From Octopus sinensis (Eukaryota): a DNA stretch of 64,000 nucleotides. Both the position numbers and the translations under genes were made by a program. Within the stretch, counting starts at the first letter, position 1; every line of letters starts with the position of its first letter. The stretch is from NCBI RefSeq assembly GCF_006345805.1, contig NW_021833070.1, positions 1 through 64,000 of the forward strand, in the 5' to 3' direction. The notes under the pieces are model-generated. The model had not been told where the DNA came from. It ran no database searches and saw nothing but the letters and a program-made list of their open reading frames with translations. Below are positions 38,477-50,070 of this stretch, piece by piece.

Positions 38477-38811
38477 TTCTATATTTAAGAGATGAGGAAT
38501 TATGTACATTATTTACATTATTTACATTTAACGGATATTGCATATGGTATAGTGGTTAAGAGCGCGGGCTACTAACCCCAAGATTCCGAGTTCGATTCCA
38601 GGCAGTGACCTGAATAGCAATAATAATAATAGTAATAATAATAATAATAATAATAACATCGAAAAATACCTTAGGAATGAGAAACCAGATTCGAAATTTC
38701 TTAAAGACACCTGATGAAAGCTGGAGGGTGTATCAGCCGAAACGTTGTGTTAACAACAAACAAGATGAGGACAAATATCCGTCAAATGTAAATATTGTAA
38801 ATAATGTATAC
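38477..38811 (+). mobile_element. tRNA-headed, hammerhead-bearing element with 5' inverted tail and 9-bp TSD
   Basis: TSD ATACCTAGA (38468-38476, 38812-38820); inverted arms 38503-38538 and 38775-38810; A box TGGTATAGTGG (38545), B box GAGTTCGATTCC (38588); (TAA)n; HHR. Confidence 0.8.
38706..38751 (+). ncRNA. Minimal type-I hammerhead motif with palindromic short stem III
   Basis: GACAC-CTGATGA-A-AGCTG(loop)CAGCC-GAAA-CG-TT-GTGTT; AACGTT palindrome; one A-C mismatch at the base of stem II. Confidence 0.75.
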
Positions 38812-39631
38812 ATACCTAGAGTTCAAAATTCTGACTGCCTAAGTGAACTCTTTCTTCCTTTCATTCTTCCTGTATCTTCTGTTTCCTTTCTAAACTATGT
38901 GTTTAGATTTGCAAGAAGAGTATTTCTCCCTTTTCACAGTTAAAAGACTTCCTTTCAGTGCGTATTCATTTATGCGTTTTTATGCAGCCGTTAGTAAGTA
39001 ACAAATGATCTCTCACTTATATCATAGTGGAAGATGTTTTCTTCCATTGTGATTACGCTTAGCGATTACAAGGTTAGAAGAGAAACATTTTCCACATATC
39101 TGAGATGGAAGTAGATTTTCTTCAGGTTATCCTTCTTACCGAAAACCCAATATATATCTCGTATATATTTAACGAATAAAAACTACATCACGCTCCCAAG
39201 TATTTCAGATACAATTTTTGCTTAATATTATGATGGGGAGAAAAAGTAGTGTTTAGTTACATTTATTATAATTGCTTTGAAGTTCAGGTATCCTCAAAGC
39301 ACTAAGTAAATTCGAAAATGACCTTTGAACTTTACTACCAGTGTACGTAGTAACATTGTATCTGCCCCAAAGTCAAGCTGCGAAAAGTCGACCAGTACGG
39401 AAGGAGAGGCACTTTCATGACACTTCTGTTATAAAAAACGGAAGCCTTTCCTTATCAAATACGTTCTTTCAATTAAAATGTGTACTAACGGTTCACATAG
39501 CACTTCTGGAAGAAAGCTAGTTCTTTTCTCTCTTTCATATATATATAGTTGTGTCTAGGGAGAGAGGTCATGCCAATAGCCAATATAATTGACATACACA
39601 CATTGGTTCAATTCCACTCATTTATTAAATA

Positions 39632-40142
39632 CTAGCAGTATGACCCGGCGTTGCCGGGTTTAGTGCTAGTGCTTGTTGTTCGTTGCCGGGTCGCAGTAAA
39701 AATTTCTCACTAAATCAAGAGCTAAGTTTCTTATCACATTTCAGCCCGGACCAGTTTTGTTGATTATGAGCTAGTTAGAGTTTTTTATGAGAGTAATTAA
39801 TATTCATTGGACTTCGGTTTTCACACCTGGAACTGCATAATCATGGAAAATTAGCGGGACTGTGCACATGCCATTAGTCGGACAAAAAAGGAGGCAGAAG
39901 AAAGCGAAAAACTCGAATTTGGCCGCAAAATAACTTATAGGCATAATGGATCGGGGTTTATCGATTTTTTTAAATGGCTTTCTGTGGTGACTGGGGAAAT
40001 GAAAAGATCTTCACGACCACCCTCAAACAGTTTTGAAAGCCCATAGGAAATGCGAGCCTTTTACATGAAAAACTGTGGATTTGTATGAAGGACACACAGA
40101 CACACAGATGCACAGACATTTTGCCGTTTATAGATATAGAGA
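39632..40142 (-). mobile_element. Non-autonomous Helitron (second family)
   Basis: Minus strand A|TC start, perfect hairpin ACCCGGC-AAC-GCCGGGT, CTAG|T end. Confidence 0.85.
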
Positions 40143-40234
40143 TTCAATTTTTTGTTAAATTTCTTACGTTGCTTTTTTTTGTAATCTTTTCAGCGACTCA
40201 GTGACTACCGATAGTCACGATAGATAGTCACTGA

Positions 40235-40276
40235 GTCACTGAGAAGGTTGCAAAAATGCAACGAAAGAACTTTCAC
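40235..40276 (+). ncRNA. Degenerate hammerhead motif
   Basis: GTCA-CTGA-GA-AG-GTTGCA(AAAA)TGCAAC-GAAA-GAAC-TT-TCAC; perfect stem II, N7 missing, stem I mismatch. Confidence 0.45.
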
Positions 40277-41280
40277 AAAATATCGAATATTTAATGAAGG
40301 AGTGAAATTGAACCAATGTGTGTGTGTGTTAATTATATTGGCATGATAACTCTCCCTAGACACAACAAAATGTGTTTGAACACACAAATTCACATAAAGA
40401 ATATTGGAAACCGGATACAAAAAAAGAAATGTGTGTGTGTGTTTCTCTTTCTATTCACATGGCGATAATGATAGTCTTTATGCATTATGCTAACTGATAT
40501 TTAATAAATCAATCTTTTAATAATACACTCGCCAAAATCATAGACCCAGAAATAGGAGCTTCTACATGACCTTTAGGTAATTACAAATGGAAAAAATAAA
40601 TCGGTAATTTTACCAAAAAAGCTAATAATAAACCAATAACTCAATATAACCTAATATCATTAATAAATAACAATCTTCAAATTAAATATTTCAAGAAGTA
40701 CATTGATTAATAGAAATTCTACATTTTGGTCTTCCGTACTAAATGCTAACGGCATTAATCCCACGAGAAGCGCGTTTGCTACCTTCACGATTATTAAATG
40801 TGTTATCACAGTCACTGCAAAATGTAAACATTATCATAATGATGTTAGGAGCCTTCATTACACATCAGTTAGTTTGGACAATAGATATGACTAGCTTACG
40901 TCTGATCATGCCATCCTAAATATAGCGACGCACTTCACTGGGAAACGAAGGGTAACGTTTAGTCTCCGGGTATAAATGCGACACGTACTAAAGTTTAAAT
41001 ATCTGCGAAAACGTAATAATTACACATGATTAAATACGATAATTCATTAACGACATTCTCCTCTCCCATAACCACCACCACCACCACCATCATTCCTCTG
41101 CGACAGTTTTACCATCATCTTCACAATTTTCTTGCCTGATGCCCCAGTTATGATGTCTGAGACCAGACTGTTCTTAAAAAAATATAATGATGAGAAAGTC
41201 ATTAAATGGGTTTAATAGCCAGCTGTTTCTCTCTCACTTGCAAAAGATTTTTATAGCATTTTAAAACATGTCATATGTAC

Positions 41281-41284
41281 ACAC

Positions 41285-41325
<41 letters not shown>

Positions 41326-42057
41326 CACACACACACACACACACACACACATACGCACACACTTGATTATACGAATACACACACAGACACATATGCACTA
41401 ATTATACAAAAAATATATATTTATATATTATGTGCATTGGCTGTGTGGTAAGAAGTTTGCTTCCCAACCAAATAGTTCTTAGTTCAGTCCCGCTGCATGG
41501 CACTTTGAACAACAGTCTTCTACTATAACCTGAGGCCGACTAGAGCCTTTTGAGTAAATTTGGTAGACGGAAACTGAAAGAAGCCCGATGTATATGTGTC
41601 TAGTGTGTGTGTGAGTGTGCGTATGTGCGTGCGTGTCAGAGTGTGTGTGTGTTCGTGATTGTGCAGTGTGTGCGTATGTTGTGTGTGTATGTGTGTGCGT
41701 GTGTGTTGAATATTATCTGGATAAGGATCGATACGGTAATTAAAGTCGGAAAATATGTTTATATTTTCCTTGTTTTCGTATACATTCGCTGCTTTCTTCC
41801 AAGGAATCTAATGCTCTTAGCTTAGTTTTTTCCCCGGAGCTGTCCAGATTGGAGCAATCTCGAGTATAACCAGCTGAAATTGCAAAGATAATCTGGAACT
41901 CGACTGAGGAAAGAAATCTCCGAGTGACCAGTCTTTGCTTTCTTTGTATTGTCTGCCTGGATGTTTTGTTGTCCTCGTTTTTGTATCACCTGTCTGGATG
42001 TTTTGCGTTCTTGTCCCATTTTGTATTTTATATATATATATATATACATTTGTATAC

Positions 42058-42115
<58 letters not shown>

Positions 42116-42945
42116 GTATATATATGTATGTATATATGTATGTATATATATATAATATATATATATACACACACATATATATACACACACACACACACCA
42201 CACACACACACACACAACACACACACACACACACACATACGCACACACTTGATTATACGAATACACACACAGACACATATGCACTAATTATACAAAAAAT
42301 ATATATTTATATATTATGTGCATTGGCTGTGTGGTAAGAAGTTTGCTTCCCAACCAAATAGTTCTTAGTTCAGTCCCGCTGCATGGCACTTTGAACAACA
42401 GTCTTCTACTATAACCTGAGGCCGACTAGAGCCTTTTGAGTAAATTTGGTAGACGGAAACTGAAAGAAGCCCGATGTATATGTGTCTAGTGTGTGTGTGA
42501 GTGTGCGTATGTGCGTGCGTGTCAGAGTGTGTGTGTGTGTTCGTGATTGTGCAGTGTGTGCGTATGTTGTGTGTGTATGTGTGTGCGTGTGTGTTGAATA
42601 TTATCTGGATAAGGATCGATACGGTAATTAAAGTCGGAAAATATGTTTATATTTTCCTTGTTTTCGTATACATTCGCTGCTTTCTTCCAAGGAATCTAAT
42701 GCTCTTAGCTTAGTTTTTTCCCCGGAGCTGTCCAGATTGGAGCAATCTCGAGTATAACCAGCTGAAATTGCAAAGATAATCTGGAACTCGACTGAGGAAA
42801 GAAATCTCCGAGTGACCAGTCTTTGCTTTCTTTGTATTGTCTGCCTGGATGTTTTGTTGTCCTCGTTTTTGTATCACCTGTCTGGATGTTTTGCGTTCTT
42901 GTCCCATTTTGTATTTTATATATATATATATATACATTTGTATAC

Positions 42946-43003
<58 letters not shown>

Positions 43004-43092
43004 GTATATATATGTATGTATATATGTATGTATATATATATAATATATATATATACACACACATATATATACACACACACACACACACACAG

Positions 43093-43110
<18 letters not shown>
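41281..43110. repeat. Near-identical tandem duplication, unit about 886-890 bp, bounded by (CA)n
   Basis: 41351 vs 42237 (offset 886) and 41811 vs 42699 (offset 888); differences seen only in microsatellite length; each unit has an S1 head fragment. Confidence 0.95.
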
Positions 43111-43124
<14 letters not shown>

Positions 43125-43926
43125 GTATGTACGCATGTGTGTGCGTGTGTTTATATGTATATGTATATCATATTTTTCCAGGCTATAGATCTTCATTTGT
43201 ATCTGTCATCATACACGTATTCACCATGATACATACATTTGCCCAAAATGTAGAATTTTAGAGTTCTCCAAGAAAGAAGAAAGCAAACTGATTCACATCT
43301 CCAAGTACAACTGGTTAGTGCTACGCTAGAAAATTGTAAGCTGTTCAAGGAATCCCGCATTTGCGTTTCCTCCCAATGAACATGATTCAATCACATGTGT
43401 AGACGGTATACACGCACACACATAAACAATACAGAAACACACACACACACACACACAGAGCTGAGTATTTAATTGGCACGTACACCATTGCATAAATACG
43501 AATCTATCCACATCCGTATCTTCATAGAAGTATGCAGTAAATTCAAGGAACTGTTTTGACTCTAACAAAAGAGACTTGTTGCTTTGTAAGTACCGGTTTG
43601 AATTCTGCCAATGAAAAAATAAATCTCCAAGAAAAACATACGTGCATACTTACATACATGACATCATGGAAATATATGTAGTGTCTTTAGGTACCCGTTT
43701 GCCAGATTCACTGTACATTTGTTGTTATACCAAATGAATCATTTAATATGTAGGAAATATGACGTCAGTAATTATTTAGGAAGAAACAGCGTGTGGTGAA
43801 TTCATAAAAACTGTAGAATGTCGGGCTAATTTTTGTGCAGTACTTAATTACACCCTTTCATCTGTTTTTCCTTTTTTTAATTTCTACTGTATCGATAAAA
43901 ATAAGTATCAGTGGTATTTGCTCTCT

Positions 43927-44327
43927 CTCTTTTACTCTTTTACTTGCTTCAGTCATTTGACTGCGGCCATGCTGGAGCACCGCCTTTAGTCGAGCAAATC
44001 GACCCCGGGACTTATTCCTTGTAAGCCTAGTACTTATTCTATCGGTCTCTTTTGCCGAACCGCTAAGTGACGGGGACGTAAGCACACCAGCATCGGTTGT
44101 CAAGCAATGCTAGGGGGACAAACACACACACACACACATACACACACATATATATATATATACATATATACGACAGGCTTCTTTCAGTTTCCGTCTACCA
44201 AATCCACTCACAAGGCATTGGTCGGCCCGGGGCTATAGCAGAAGACACTTGCCCAAGATGCCACGCAGTAGGACTGAACCCGGAACCATGTGGCTGGTTA
44301 GCAAGCTACTTACCACACAGCCACTCC
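43927..44327 (-). mobile_element. SINE S1, full length
   Basis: Reverse complement of S1. Confidence 0.9.
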
Positions 44328-44776
44328 TACTTGTACGTATTTTAAATTAAGAGTAAAATCAATCAAAATCCCAGAAGTAATTAATAACCAGCGCCAAATT
44401 ATCTGCCTGAAGTACAACTTCCAATGCCAAAAACTGAGAAGACCCCCAACTGCGGCATCTGCATTAATTTTATTGAAGGCGCAATTAATAAATTTAAATT
44501 GCAATAGTTTTCCCAGTAATTAATAACTTCACTTGTATTAATAAAGAAATGAACGTAAGAAGGATTAAACAAGAGTGACTGTACACTGACCGCAAATTCC
44601 ATTACACAACTTACACTTGAAAATGGTCATTTGGGTCATGGGCAAGAAATAGATTCCTTTAGTATCATGTTTTCTTTTTCCACATAACCAATCCGTTAAT
44701 ATTGATTAAAGAACAAATGTGGAGAAATAGAAAAAATGCAAAAATTCGCTATCTGCACTGTATACAGTGAGGACAG

Positions 44777-44778
44777 AC

Positions 44779-44875
<97 letters not shown>

Positions 44876-44879
44876 GATG

Positions 44880-44923
<44 letters not shown>

Positions 44924-44924
44924 T

Positions 44925-44963
<39 letters not shown>
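44777..44963. repeat. (GATA)n microsatellite
   Basis: Direct reading. Confidence 0.97.
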
Positions 44964-44964
<1 letters not shown>

Positions 44965-45651
44965 ATGCAGCACTGTAGCCTGTAGGTATTTTTTAAAAGA
45001 AATATACGGTGGAAGAGGTGTATGTCTATGCAGTACATATACACATGTTAATAAAGTTTCTTAGCAATTTTATTCTCATCCTTGTCCAATAAATGTTTTA
45101 CAATTATTTAGAAACTCTTTCATTAATACTTCGAGCATTACAGTAAGCACAATATTTCGCTGATAAGATCAGAATATAACCAAAGCATATCGAAGGTTGT
45201 AACTCACACTTGCAGCAAAAATGAAAATGGCAAAAGTTATTTGACCAACATTAGTGTATTCTATTTCGTTTTTCTTCTTTTATTTCTTGTCGTATGTTTA
45301 TTTCCAGCTTGTTTTGTAATCTTCTATACATTAAATGTGTATTAAATATGATAACACTGGGGTAACAATTGTTTATAAAATAATAAGCTGTATAAAACAA
45401 ACCGATATTGACGGAAATATGCTTTCGTGATTATCCAAGAAATGTATTGATCAAAACAATTGATTTGCCGGATGGAGCAAAAGTTTGGAGTAATTATGGG
45501 CAAGCAAAAATTTTGGCTAAAAATAGCTCAATGCCAGCCAAATGTTATCAGGAAAGTTTTCACATTTTTTATGTATCTTTTACTATTGAAAGCACACACA
45601 CACACACACAAACACACACAAACACGCACACACACACACACACACGTCTGT

Positions 45652-45912
45652 GTGAAGGCGCGTGGCCTAGAGGCTAGGGTGCTGCGCTCACGACCGTTGG
45701 ATTGTGGATCCCACTCCTGGACTGGACGGCGCTGTGTGTTCTTGAACAAAACATTTCATTTCGCGCTGCTTCATTCCACTCAACTGTAAATGGGAAACCC
45801 TGCGATGGAATAGCCCAGCGATCAGGTAGAACGCTCGAAAGCTAAAAGAATGCGAAGCGCATTGTATTCAGCGATGCATGACGACATCCGATAGCTTGGT
45901 CAATACCGATAT
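45652..45912 (+). mobile_element. Old tRNA-derived SINE (S5-like head and core)
   Basis: GGCGCGTGGCCTAGAGGCTAGGGTG..GTGTTCTTGAACAAAACATTTCATTTC. Confidence 0.6.
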
Positions 45913-45945
45913 ACAAACTCACACACACACACACACACACACATA

Positions 45946-46315
45946 TCTATTATATAAAATCCGTTCTGTCTGTCTGTATGTGTGTGTCTTCTAGGATCTC
46001 GAGCATCCGCCATCCGATTGCGCATAAATTTGATATGTAGAAACCGACGGTATCAGGGCGTGTATACGTCTTGAAAAAATTACAAAAATCGATTCCAGGT
46101 GAGAATGCGATCGATAAAGCCGTAGGTACGTGCATTTGTAAAATCGTTGTTCTTGAAATAGAAAAAAGTTTATATTTATTTCTTCTTTTGCTAGTGTCAC
46201 AAATTTAGTTTAAATCAGTGTTTCTCAAAGGGGAGGCCTATTGGAGGTTGTTTTGAGAAAATTTGGTTTAAATGTTTAACCACTGAGAACCGCCCATTGG
46301 ACGGGGGGGTTGCTC

Positions 46316-46316
<1 letters not shown>
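45946..46316 (+). mobile_element. Decayed non-autonomous Helitron
   Basis: A|TCTATTATATAAAATCC start; degenerate CCGCCC..GACGGG hairpin and CTCG|T end. Confidence 0.55.
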
Positions 46317-46368
<52 letters not shown>

Positions 46369-46373
<5 letters not shown>

Positions 46374-46767
46374 ACATTTATGGATGGCCATGTTGCCAGT
46401 GTAGCCAATAAAAACACACGCATCATATATTTAGTGTTAATTTGCTTCAGCTTTATTTTATTTTTTTACATGAATCGTATATACAAAATACAAAATGACT
46501 GATTGGTAGTAAGGAAAGACATACAAATAAGAAAGGAGAAAGCAAAGGACCACTGATGAGGTCACAGAAGTGTGACGAAAGAAATCCGGTCGAAATACGA
46601 TTAATGTACAAAAATAAAAAATAAAATAAAACTGAAGCAAGTGAACACCAAATATATAGTGCGTGTATTTTTATTGACTAAACTGGCAACATGACCATCC
46701 CTAAATACAACAATATCTGTTTCAACACACGATTTCACATCAAGAATCTTGCAAAACGAATATATAA

Positions 46768-46770
<3 letters not shown>
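46369..46770 (+). mobile_element. Inverted-tail PLE-type element with hammerhead
   Basis: Arms 46369-46465 and 46620-46713; HHR between the arms; shared distal tail 46714-46770. Confidence 0.8.
46548..46591 (+). ncRNA. Minimal type-I hammerhead motif, canonical core
   Basis: GACCA-CTGATGA-G-GTCACA(GAAG)TGTGAC-GAAA-GAAA-TC-CGGTC; UC cleavage dinucleotide; one A-C mismatch in stem I. Confidence 0.8.
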
Positions 46771-46822
<52 letters not shown>

Positions 46823-47191
46823 GAAACTAAAAACTACCTTTTATCAATTCCATAATGAAAAAAATTATATTATACCATTTAGAAAAATTACATCTTATAG
46901 AAAGATTAAATATACGATAAAACATATACCAATGATTAAGTAATGTACAAAATAATAAATAAAACGTATATATTTGGTAGAATAACTACACATGTTTCGA
47001 GGTTATATTTAAGAAATAATAATAGTAAAATCACTTCAATATAAATATAGACACTCTTCAAGTTAGAGATAAAAACAGTAAAATAATTAATTAGATAAAT
47101 TAATAAATATACGTATATAATCTTTTAAAATACGAAATATCTTAACAAATATATTCTTGTTTAAATAAAACATAGAATAAAAAATAAGATA

Positions 47192-47528
47192 CACCGCCTT
47201 TAGTCGAGAAAATCGACTCCAGGACTTATTCTTTGTAAGCCTAGTACTTATTCTATCTGTCTCTTTTGCCGAACCGCTAAGTTACGGGGACGTAAACACA
47301 CCAGCATCGGTTGTCAAGCGATGTTGGGGGGGGGGACAAACACAGACACACAAACACACACACACATATATACATATACATATATACGACGGGTTTCTTT
47401 CAGTTTCCGTCTAGCAAATCCACTCACAAGGCGTTGGTCGGCCCGAGGCTATAGAAGAAGACACTTGCCCAAGGTGCCACGCAGTGGGACTGAACCCGGA
47501 ACCATGTGGTTGGTAAGCAAGCTCACAG
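47192..47528 (-). mobile_element. SINE S1, both ends eroded
   Basis: Reverse complement of S1. Confidence 0.85.
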
Positions 47529-47567
47529 CTATTCATATATATCTATATATATATATATATATTATAT

Positions 47568-47600
<33 letters not shown>

Positions 47601-48039
47601 TATTGTTTTTATTATTATTACTATTATTATTGAGGAAATTGAGGGCAACGCAGTAACGTAGTAATCTTAAAAGAAATATGGGTTTGAGATGGGGGTATGT
47701 GTGTATGTTGTTATTTGGTTCCAGGTCATATATTATTAAAAAGACCTAGAATCAAAAATGTTTCAATTTGGACCATCCAATGCTTCTTTAAATCCATTGC
47801 ATTTTCCAGTAGTTCCTTCAGTTTTGAAGATGGTAAGGAAATTCGGCAGATATTAATTGCTGATGGATAGGCTATGTGCACGCTTTATCGTGTAGTCCAA
47901 GACACCTGCTCTCCAAAAGATAGCCGTTTAACATACCACATGGTACCTATTTAAAGCCATCTGGCCTGAGCCAACAAAAGTCTAGTGTCACACTCGCAAA
48001 TTTTGCTCATTGCTGATAATAAAGTAAAACTGTCAATAG

Positions 48040-48582
48040 TCGACCAACTTCCCAGTTTTCGACCAACTTTCCCAGAAGTTAGAAAACCCTCGTAACTTCC
48101 CAGGAAGTTTTCGAAGAAATTTCCGGAAGTTAGAAAACCCTCGGAACTTCCCACGAAAATTTCGACGAATTTTCCCAGAAGTTAGATAATCATCGAAACA
48201 TCCCTTGAAGTTTTCGACGAAACTTCCGTACGTTAGACAATCCTCGGAACTTCCCAGGAAATTTTCGACCAAACTTCCCAGAAGTTAGAAAATCCTCGGA
48301 ACTTCCCAGGAAAATTTCGACCAAACTTCCCGGAAGTTAGATATCCTCGGAACTTCCCATGAAGTTTTCGCCGAAACTTCCCTGACTTTAGAAAATCCTC
48401 GGAACTTCCCATGAAGTTTTCGACGAAATCTCCCAAAAGTTAGAAAATCCTCAGAACTTCCCATGAAGTTTTCGACGAAACTTCCCGGACTTTAGAAAAT
48501 CCTCGGAACTTCCCGGGAAGTTTTCCACGTAAGTTCCCTGAAGGTAGAAAATCCTCGGAACTTCCCAGGTAGTTTTCGGCTC
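48040..48582. repeat. Minisatellite, about 10 units of 51-52 bp with dyad cores
   Basis: GTTAGA-like anchor at 48078, 48129, 48181, 48232, 48284, 48336, 48387, 48439, 48491, 48543. Confidence 0.92.
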
Positions 48583-48956
48583 CTCGACATCACAAGAAAT
48601 CAGTTAACTGCTGATGTGTGTTTGTAGCCTGCTAACATATTTTAACAAAGAGTTCTTAATTCCTTTCACTCCAACTAAATTTACAACACACACATCCACA
48701 CACATATGAACATATGTATGAATATATATACACATAGACTCTCATACATACATGCATACATACATACGCACACGAATGTATCTTCAAAGATATGCTCCTT
48801 TTTGAAACTGACTGATGAAGCATGTCACAAGACCAGTTTACTTGAGCATCAACCATCGCAGCTCTAAATAATTGTTTTCATGTTATTTGTTTTGTGTAAT
48901 TTTTCTAAGTTATCCCACTCGCTTCCATATTTTCAGTATTTCCAGTCAATTTCTTT

Positions 48957-50070
48957 ATTGCTTTCTCCTTTTTATATTCTCTATTAAACAGGTTCTTTCA
49001 CCCGCAACATACTTGCTATAGACTTCCATCTTTTACGGAACACACTTTGCGACAGGCATTTCTTCTCCAGGCTTAGAAAACGAGGGGACGATATGAGGAC
49101 AAACAAAACAAACTTTGGGGTCAGGGTATCGAATGAGACGAAACGTATGAATAAACAAACAATTGAAATACATACAATTAAATGAGAATGAATGATTTTT
49201 AAAAAATGAAGCGGAGGACGCGGTTGACCCCACAAACCACATACTCACACTGAAGACTTTGCTTTCTCCTTTTTATATTCTCGTTTAAACAGGTTCTTTC
49301 ACTCGCAACATACTTACTATAGAATTCCATCTTTTACGAACCACACTTTGCGACAGGCATTTCTTCTCCAGCCTTATTTTCCATTTCATGTGGAAAACGA
49401 AAAAGTCGATTAGCTCGAGACTGGAGATGAACATGCCTGTTGCAATTCCTTTCACTCTCGTCTTCCATACTACCTCTTTAGCAACAGCAACTACCGAGAG
49501 AAAACAGGCTCACTCCTCCCTATTCAGGGAGGTCGGCGAAACGATCTTAATTCGCTCGACAGTTGTACTCTTCTCGAATGCGACAACAGGTGTTCGACAT
49601 AAGCCCAGAGCTCAGTCACCTTGAGGCATTGCACAATCGCGTGCAGGACAGTTTCACTGGAGGCATTCCTTCTTCCACCCGTTCGCTCTGTCACGTAGGG
49701 GCAACTCGGGTCATTCTCCCCGTATTCAACAACTTTTCAATAGATTTATAGCGAAACAGTACTTCCTTTCGAACTTCAGCTTCCTTTTCTAATGAAACTT
49801 CTAAAAGAAAGGCGATGAGACTTAATGGAAGGGGAAAGTGTCTGTCCAGGACTACAATTCTGTCAAAGAAATTAACTAGAAATAGAGAATCTGACAAACA
49901 GCGGCCACACCTGCTCACTGTCAAGGAAACAGTGGAGCCTCTGCACATGTCTGGTCACCATTAGCCACGGCAATGCACAGCCCTCCTTGATGTGAATGTT
50001 GATAGTACAGACCGGCTGATCAGCAGAACCCATCCCTTCCACGGAAAGTGGAAGAGCAAGCGGTCAAGCC
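48957..50070 (-). mobile_element. L1/Tx1-like LINE ORF2 3' part, decayed, with duplicated 3' end
   Basis: LDRLLFHF.WKG; FLDSEQVW; ETVLHAIVQC..LW; AKEVVWKTR..LIDFFVFHMKWKIRLEKKCLSQSVVRKRW; about 118-bp direct repeat 48957-49075 and 49256-49375. Confidence 0.85.

Larger units (their letters stand above)
39548..40430 (+). mobile_element. Inverted-tail PLE-type element with degenerate hammerhead, interrupted by a Helitron
   Basis: Arms 39548-39630 and 40292-40366; distal tail ACAACAAAATGTGTTTGAACACACAAATTCACATAAAGAATATTGGAAA. Confidence 0.75.

Noticed and set aside
38541-38612. tRNA-Ser(ACT)-like gene
   Set aside because: Acceptor stem does not close; it is the head of a mobile element. The same applies to all SINE heads, so no tRNA genes are called
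41113-41172. Possible 60-nt minus-strand exon (ttttttaag|AACAGT..ATGATG|gtaaaa)
   Set aside because: Splice signals are plausible, but there is no phase-compatible neighbouring exon and no recognisable protein
41900-41935. CTGAGGA..GAGT hammerhead-like motif (duplicated near 42790)
   Set aside because: GAAA is replaced by GAGT and stems I and II do not form; at most a heavily decayed relative
43260-43590. Two small plus-strand exon-like segments (EFSKKEESKLIHISKYNW; KYAVNSRNCFDSNKRDLLL)
   Set aside because: Phases are incompatible, acceptors are weak, and no homology was recognised
46975-47065. Minus-strand TGAAGA..GAAACATGT motif
   Set aside because: C3 is missing, G occupies the cleavage position and stem II is poor
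48040-48582. CRISPR-like array
   Set aside because: No unique spacers, no cas genes, eukaryotic context
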